Assembly (NCBI GenBank): GCA_964022095.1
Contig: CAXHZO010000001.1
Coordinates: forward strand, 342,435 to 406,434
Reading direction: 5' to 3'
Source: an uncultured Arcobacteraceae bacterium
Lineage (GTDB): Bacteria; Campylobacterota; Campylobacteria; Campylobacterales; Arcobacteraceae
Length of the DNA stretch: 64,000 nucleotides
Made by a program: the position numbers and the translations under genes. Of this stretch, positions 59,375 to 64,000 are shown piece after piece; positions within the stretch are counted from its first letter, which is position 1; each line of letters opens with the position of its first letter. A model generated the notes under the pieces. That model saw only the letters and a program-made list of their open reading frames with translations, ran no database searches and was not told the DNA's origin.

Positions 59375-60955
59375 ATGAGTAAACATACAATTGTAGTTTG
59401 TGACCACATTCATGATGCAGGATTAGATATCCTGCAAAATACTGAAGATGTAAACTATGTTTATGCAGCTGACATAGATAAAACGGCATTATTAGATGTA
59501 ATTAAAGATGCAGAAGTTGTAATTACTAGATCTTCAACAGATGTAGATGAAAAATTCTTAAATGCTGCAACTAATTTAAAAGCAATTATCAGAGCTGGTG
59601 TTGGTTATGATAATGTTGATATTGATGGTTGTAGTAAAAGAGGTATCATAGCAATGAACGTTCCAACTGCTAATACTATTGCAGCAGTAGAATTAACTAT
59701 GACACACATGCTATCTTGTATGAGAAAATTTCCATATGCTCATGGTCAATTAAAAGATCAAAGAGTGTGGAAAAGAGAAGATTGGTATGGTAGAGAGCTT
59801 TATGGTAAAAAATTAGGTGTTATTGGTTTTGGTAACATCGGACATAGAGTTGCGTTAAGAGCTAAATCATTTGAAATGGATGTAGTTACTTATGACCCTT
59901 ATATCTCTTCTACAAAAGCAACTGACTTAGGAATTAGATATACAACTAATTTTGAAGAGATTTTAGATTGTGACATTATTACTATTCATACACCAAAAAA
60001 TAAAGAGACAATCGATATGATTGGTGAAGAAGAAATAGCAAAAATGAAAGATGGTGTAGTTTTAATTAACTGTGCTAGAGGTGGCTTATACAATGAAGAT
60101 GCACTAGTAAATAACCTAAAATCAGGTAAAATTGCTATGGCTGGTATCGATGTATTTAAAAAAGAGCCTGCAACAGATCACCCTTTATTAGATTTACCAA
60201 ATGTAACTGTAACTGCTCACTTAGGAGCAAATACAAAAGAGTCACAAAGAGAAATTTCAGTTCAAGCAGCAAATAATGCAATTGAATCTGCAAGAGGAAT
60301 TGCATACCCTAATGCATTAAATTTACCAATTGATGAAAGTAAAATTCCTTCATTTGTAAAACCATACATTGAGTTAACACAAAAAATGGCATTCTTGTTA
60401 GCTCAAAGTGATAAAACAGAAATAAGATCTATTAATATCGCAGCAGAAGGCGAAATTGCTGAGTATTTAGATTCTTTAGAAACATTTGCAACTGTTGGAG
60501 CGTTAGCTGTTTCAACAGAAGATATTAACTATGTTAATGCTAGCTTCATCGCTGAAGAAAAAGGTATTGAAATCACTACTTCTAAATTTTCAGCGCACAG
60601 TGGATACCAAAATAAAGTATCTATTAAATTAACTACTTCTAAAGGTGTTCAAACTGTATCAGGTACAGTATTTAATGAAGACGTACAAAGAATAGTTGAG
60701 ATTAATGGATTTGCACTTGATATTGAACCTCAAGGGAAAATGATTATCATGACTAACTCTGATGTTCCAGGTGTTATTGGTGAAGTTGGTAAAATCTTAG
60801 CTACTTCAAATATCAATATCGCTGACTTTAGATTAGCAAGACAAAAAGATGGTGCATTAGCAGTTATCTTAATTGATGAAAAAGCAAACTCAAGTGTTTT
60901 AGAAGACCTTGGAAATATTGAAGCAGCAAAAACTGTTTCATATGCAGAAATTTAA
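59375..60955 (+). CDS. serA: D-3-phosphoglycerate dehydrogenase
   Basis: RAGVGYDNVD, GVIGFGNIG, NCARGG, HLGANT, C-terminal ACT DVPGVIG. Confidence 0.96.
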   Translation: MSKHTIVVCDHIHDAGLDILQNTEDVNYVYAADIDKTALLDVIKDAEVVITRSSTDVDEKFLNAATNLKAIIRAGVGYDNVDIDGCSKRGIIAMNVPTANTIAAVELTMTHMLSCMRKFPYAHGQLKDQRVWKREDWYGRELYGKKLGVIGFGNIGHRVALRAKSFEMDVVTYDPYISSTKATDLGIRYTTNFEEILDCDIITIHTPKNKETIDMIGEEEIAKMKDGVVLINCARGGLYNEDALVNNLKSGKIAMAGIDVFKKEPATDHPLLDLPNVTVTAHLGANTKESQREISVQAANNAIESARGIAYPNALNLPIDESKIPSFVKPYIELTQKMAFLLAQSDKTEIRSINIAAEGEIAEYLDSLETFATVGALAVSTEDINYVNASFIAEEKGIEITTSKFSAHSGYQNKVSIKLTTSKGVQTVSGTVFNEDVQRIVEINGFALDIEPQGKMIIMTNSDVPGVIGEVGKILATSNINIADFRLARQKDGALAVILIDEKANSSVLEDLGNIEAAKTVSYAEI

Positions 60956-60973
60956 TAGGTTATAATCATATAA

Positions 60974-60998
60974 AAAGAAGTGAATATTTCACTTCTTT
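60974..60998. terminator. Hairpin between serA and efp
   Basis: AAAGAAGTGAA-tat-TTCACTTCTTT. Confidence 0.6.
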
Positions 60999-61045
60999 AG
61001 ATTTAGAACCGTAAATTATATGCCACAGGCATAATTGGAGAAAAA

Positions 61046-61609
61046 ATGGCAAATATTGGAATGAGTGAATTAAAAAAAGGTATGAAAATCCAGATTGATG
61101 GTATTCCATACAAAATTACAGAATACCAACACGTAAAACCTGGAAAAGGTGCTGCATTTGTTAGATGTAAAATCAAATCATTTTTAAATGGTAAAGTTAT
61201 TGAAAAAACTTTCCATGCTGGTGATAAATGTACAACTCCCGACCTAGAACAAAAAACTATGCAATACTTATACGATGATGGTGAAATGTTACAATTCATG
61301 GATACAACATCTTATGAGCAAATTGGATTAACTTATGATCAAGTAGGTGATGCTGCTGATTGGATTATTGATGGAATGAATGTTGATATGATGTTCTTCA
61401 ATGGTAATGCAATAACAGTTGAACCACCAATGACAGTTGAATTAAAAATTGTAGAGACTCCACCTAACTTCAAAGGTGATTCTCAAGGTGGTAAAAAACC
61501 TGCAACTTTAGAATCTGGTGCAGTAGTACAAATTCCATTTCACTTAGTAGAAGGTGACATTATTAAATGTGATACTAGAACTGGTGAATATATCGAGAAA
61601 GTTAAGTAA
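61046..61609 (+). CDS. efp: Elongation factor P
   Basis: [27 protein letters not shown]. Confidence 0.98.
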   Translation: MANIGMSELKKGMKIQIDGIPYKITEYQHVKPGKGAAFVRCKIKSFLNGKVIEKTFHAGDKCTTPDLEQKTMQYLYDDGEMLQFMDTTSYEQIGLTYDQVGDAADWIIDGMNVDMMFFNGNAITVEPPMTVELKIVETPPNFKGDSQGGKKPATLESGAVVQIPFHLVEGDIIKCDTRTGEYIEKVK

Positions 61610-61631
61610 GCAGCTTTTAGCTCTTACTTAA

Positions 61632-62636
61632 TTACTTTCTTTTTAAAAATAAAATCTTCTCTTCACCTATAAAATTTTCATGTACAATATCAAAATCAAT
61701 ATCTAAACTATTTAAGGCATTAATACCTTTTCTTATTTTTGGACTTACTAATAAAACTATATAATCTAATTTCTCTTTTAAAATATCAAGTAAATTATAA
61801 GTTCCTTCAACCATAACAAATTTATAATCTAAAATTTTAAATAAATCATCACTAATAAATACTTTTCTATCAGGTATTTTAAATAATGGTATATTATTAT
61901 CAAATACTTTATTTTTGCTATATATCATTACATCAGGTGAACGTCCTGCTATATATCTAGCGTCAAGAGTTGGTTTGTCTGTTCTAACTGTATTCCCACC
62001 AATTAATAATAAATCAGTTTTATCTCTTAAAGTATGTACATATGCTTTTGCTGCATTTGCAGAAATTGCGCCATCAATACATCCATTTAATGTTTGAGCC
62101 ATTTTATAAAAAACAAACGTGCCACTACTCCATTTTATAAATGGATATAAAAGCTCATAAGCCTCTTTTTTCATACATCCAATACTTACATCTATATTTG
62201 CACTTTTTAATGCCTCACAACCACCTGATGCAAGTTTATTTGTATCTTCATGGGCAATTACAACTTTTAAAGGTTTTATCTCTTTTAATAAATTTGCACA
62301 AGCTGGAGTTTTTCCAATATGATTACATGGTTCTAATGTCACATAAATAGTACAATCATTAAAAAAATCATTGTGATTTTTGATTAAATACTCATGAATA
62401 TCAGAAGAATTGTTTTTAGTTTTAATTAAATCATTGGGATGTTTTTTTAAAAATGCTGCTTTTAATGCATTTACTTCAGCATGGGGTGAACCTGCTTGCT
62501 TATGAGCTTCAATTGAAAGTATCTCCCCATCTTTTACAACTACACATCCAACAGCTGGATTTGGATAAGTTAAGAATTGATACTTCCATGCTTCATCAAT
62601 TGCTAAGTTCATAAAAAATTCATCATTAATTTTCAT
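61632..62636 (-). CDS. ribD: Riboflavin biosynthesis deaminase/reductase
   Basis: PNPAVGC, HAE, VTLEPCNHIGKTPAC, GGNTVRTD. Confidence 0.95.
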   Translation of the reverse strand: MKINDEFFMNLAIDEAWKYQFLTYPNPAVGCVVVKDGEILSIEAHKQAGSPHAEVNALKAAFLKKHPNDLIKTKNNSSDIHEYLIKNHNDFFNDCTIYVTLEPCNHIGKTPACANLLKEIKPLKVVIAHEDTNKLASGGCEALKSANIDVSIGCMKKEAYELLYPFIKWSSGTFVFYKMAQTLNGCIDGAISANAAKAYVHTLRDKTDLLLIGGNTVRTDKPTLDARYIAGRSPDVMIYSKNKVFDNNIPLFKIPDRKVFISDDLFKILDYKFVMVEGTYNLLDILKEKLDYIVLLVSPKIRKGINALNSLDIDFDIVHENFIGEEKILFLKRK

Positions 62637-62731
62637 AAATAATTCCAGTAAAAAAGTTTGTATTTAGATTAAGCAGTATATTAAAATAAGGATAAATTAG
62701 TAGTTAAGAAGTAGTAATTAGAATACTCTAA

Positions 62732-63160
62732 TTACCATTCAAAATAAGTAGATGCAGATAAAATTGCATCATAAGTAATTTCATCGTTGCCAAATTCAGT
62801 TTCAACAACAATCTTTTCATCATCAGCACTTATTAGTTTACCTTTGTAAACTTCAGTTGCAATATCTTTGATTTTAACATTTTCACCAATTGAAGCTTTG
62901 AAGTGCTCTGTTCTTTTAAGTCTTCTCTCAATTCCTGGAGAACTTACTTCTAAAGTATATTCGCCATTCATTGGTTCATTTACATCTAAAATTGGAGAAA
63001 TCATTCTTGAAATTTCAGCACATTTATCTAAACTTATTCCACCAGGAGCAGTCACATATACTCTATAAATATTCTTATCATGTTCTCTAGCATTAACTAT
63101 ATCATAAAGCTGAGCACCTAAAGACTCAACTGCTAATTTAATTGATTCTTCTATATTCAT
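62732..63160 (-). CDS. rimP: Ribosome maturation factor
   Basis: [19 protein letters not shown]; position after infB-rbfA. Confidence 0.95.
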   Translation of the reverse strand: MNIEESIKLAVESLGAQLYDIVNAREHDKNIYRVYVTAPGGISLDKCAEISRMISPILDVNEPMNGEYTLEVSSPGIERRLKRTEHFKASIGENVKIKDIATEVYKGKLISADDEKIVVETEFGNDEITYDAILSASTYFEW

Positions 63161-63519
63161 TACTCTTCTTCTTTTTTTGATTTTTCAATTTTTGCAAATA
63201 GCGCTTCAATATTCATTGACTTTTCTAATGAAGTATCATTTTGAAATTTGAAGTTAGGACATTTATACCAACCAGTACTTGCTAATACATGTGATTTTAT
63301 TCTTCCATTTGCTTTTTGTAGTGCAGATATAACACCTGGAATCTCTTTATCTTTAAAGTCACTTCCATCAAAGTATACTACTGCATCATATTTACCATTT
63401 TTACAATTTACAGCAGTTATTGGTAAAGTGTTGATTCTATTGTCAGAAAGATTTGAAAGTGCCTCTGGAATCAACTCCATTAGAAGTGATTCCGTTCTTT
63501 GAAGATTAATACTTTTCAT
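63160..63519 (-). CDS. rbfA: Ribosome-binding factor A
   Basis: 119 aa directly after inf[16 protein letters not shown] pattern. Confidence 0.9.
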   Translation of the reverse strand: MKSINLQRTESLLMELIPEALSNLSDNRINTLPITAVNCKNGKYDAVVYFDGSDFKDKEIPGVISALQKANGRIKSHVLASTGWYKCPNFKFQNDTSLEKSMNIEALFAKIEKSKKEEE

Positions 63520-64000
63520 TATTTGTCGTCTATGCTTACTTTTTCTTCAATTTGAATAAATGTTTCAATAAAGTCTCCAACTTTTATATCATTGAATTTA
63601 TCAAACATAATACCACACTCATAACCATTAGCAACTTCTTTTACATCATCTTTAAATCTTTTTAGTGATGAAATTTTACCTGTATAAGTAACAACACCAT
63701 CTCTAATGATTCTAGCATGACCACCTCTGATAACTTTACCATCAGTTACTAAACATCCAGCAACTGTACCAATTTTTGGTACAACGAATGTATCTCTAAC
63801 TTCTGCTTGCCCAGTATTTTCTTCTCTAATTACAGCACTCATCATACCAGACAATGCATCTTTAACATCATCAAGTAAATCATAGATAATTGTATAAGTA
63901 TTAATAGTAATTCCATCAGCTTTTGCTTTAGATTTAACAGAACCAGTAGGTCTTACATTAAATCCTAAGATAATACAACCCTCAGATGCACCTGCAAGAA
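63519..64000 (-). CDS. infB: Translation initiation factor IF-2, C-terminal part (5'-truncated by window edge)
   Basis: [29 protein letters not shown]; frame continues to window end ([16 protein letters not shown]). Confidence 0.97.
   Translation of the reverse strand, partial: LAGASEGCIILGFNVRPTGSVKSKAKADGITINTYTIIYDLLDDVKDALSGMMSAVIREENTGQAEVRDTFVVPKIGTVAGCLVTDGKVIRGGHARIIRDGVVTYTGKISSLKRFKDDVKEVANGYECGIMFDKFNDIKVGDFIETFIQIEEKVSIDDK

Noticed and set aside
2041-63502. Short ORFs antisense to or overlapping well-supported genes (e.g. 10014-10367, 18982-19425, 29541-29780, 53366-53692, 58588-59016, 61003-61299)
   Set aside because: Shadow frames of conserved genes with no recognisable motifs.
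1-64000. CRISPR arrays, tRNA/rRNA genes, transposases, integrases, prophage genes
   Set aside because: No repeat-spacer periodicity, cloverleaf or recombinase motifs seen; intergenic gaps are short and accounted for.

Overview
Very AT-rich, gene-dense chromosomal segment from a member of Campylobacterota, most likely Arcobacteraceae (inferred from protein sequences, stand-alone atpB, diheme petC, CcsBA-type cytochrome c synthase and TG-n-TATAAT promoters). Most of the window is core genome: serS, trpS, hisG, coaX, rplS-trmD, metE, ilvA, atpB, addA, argB-thrC, petABC, rsmE, moeA-queCDE, fabG-acpP-fabF-accA, pheST-aroA-ispH-rpsA-serA, efp, ribD, rimP-rbfA-infB. I saw no tRNA, rRNA, CRISPR array, transposase or integrase. 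The most interesting items are: (1) a probable proline-utilisation operon (26893 down to about 16866) headed by a stand-alone ribbon-helix-helix gene with a perfect tandem 12-bp candidate operator, coupled to a 219-aa protein resembling a catalytically dead PD-(D/E)XK nuclease, then a liv-type ABC importer, a GC-rich branched RNA element and a bifunctional putA without its own DNA-binding domain; (2) a Cys-rich, diproline-containing leader-like ORF apparently co-transcribed ahead of metE; (3) two candidate small RNAs displaying CU-rich anti-Shine-Dalgarno loops; (4) an uncalled 98-codon membrane-protein frame interrupted by one in-frame TGA; (5) several candidate cis-regulatory hairpins and operators. 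All calls come from reading motifs by eye; no database searches were run.
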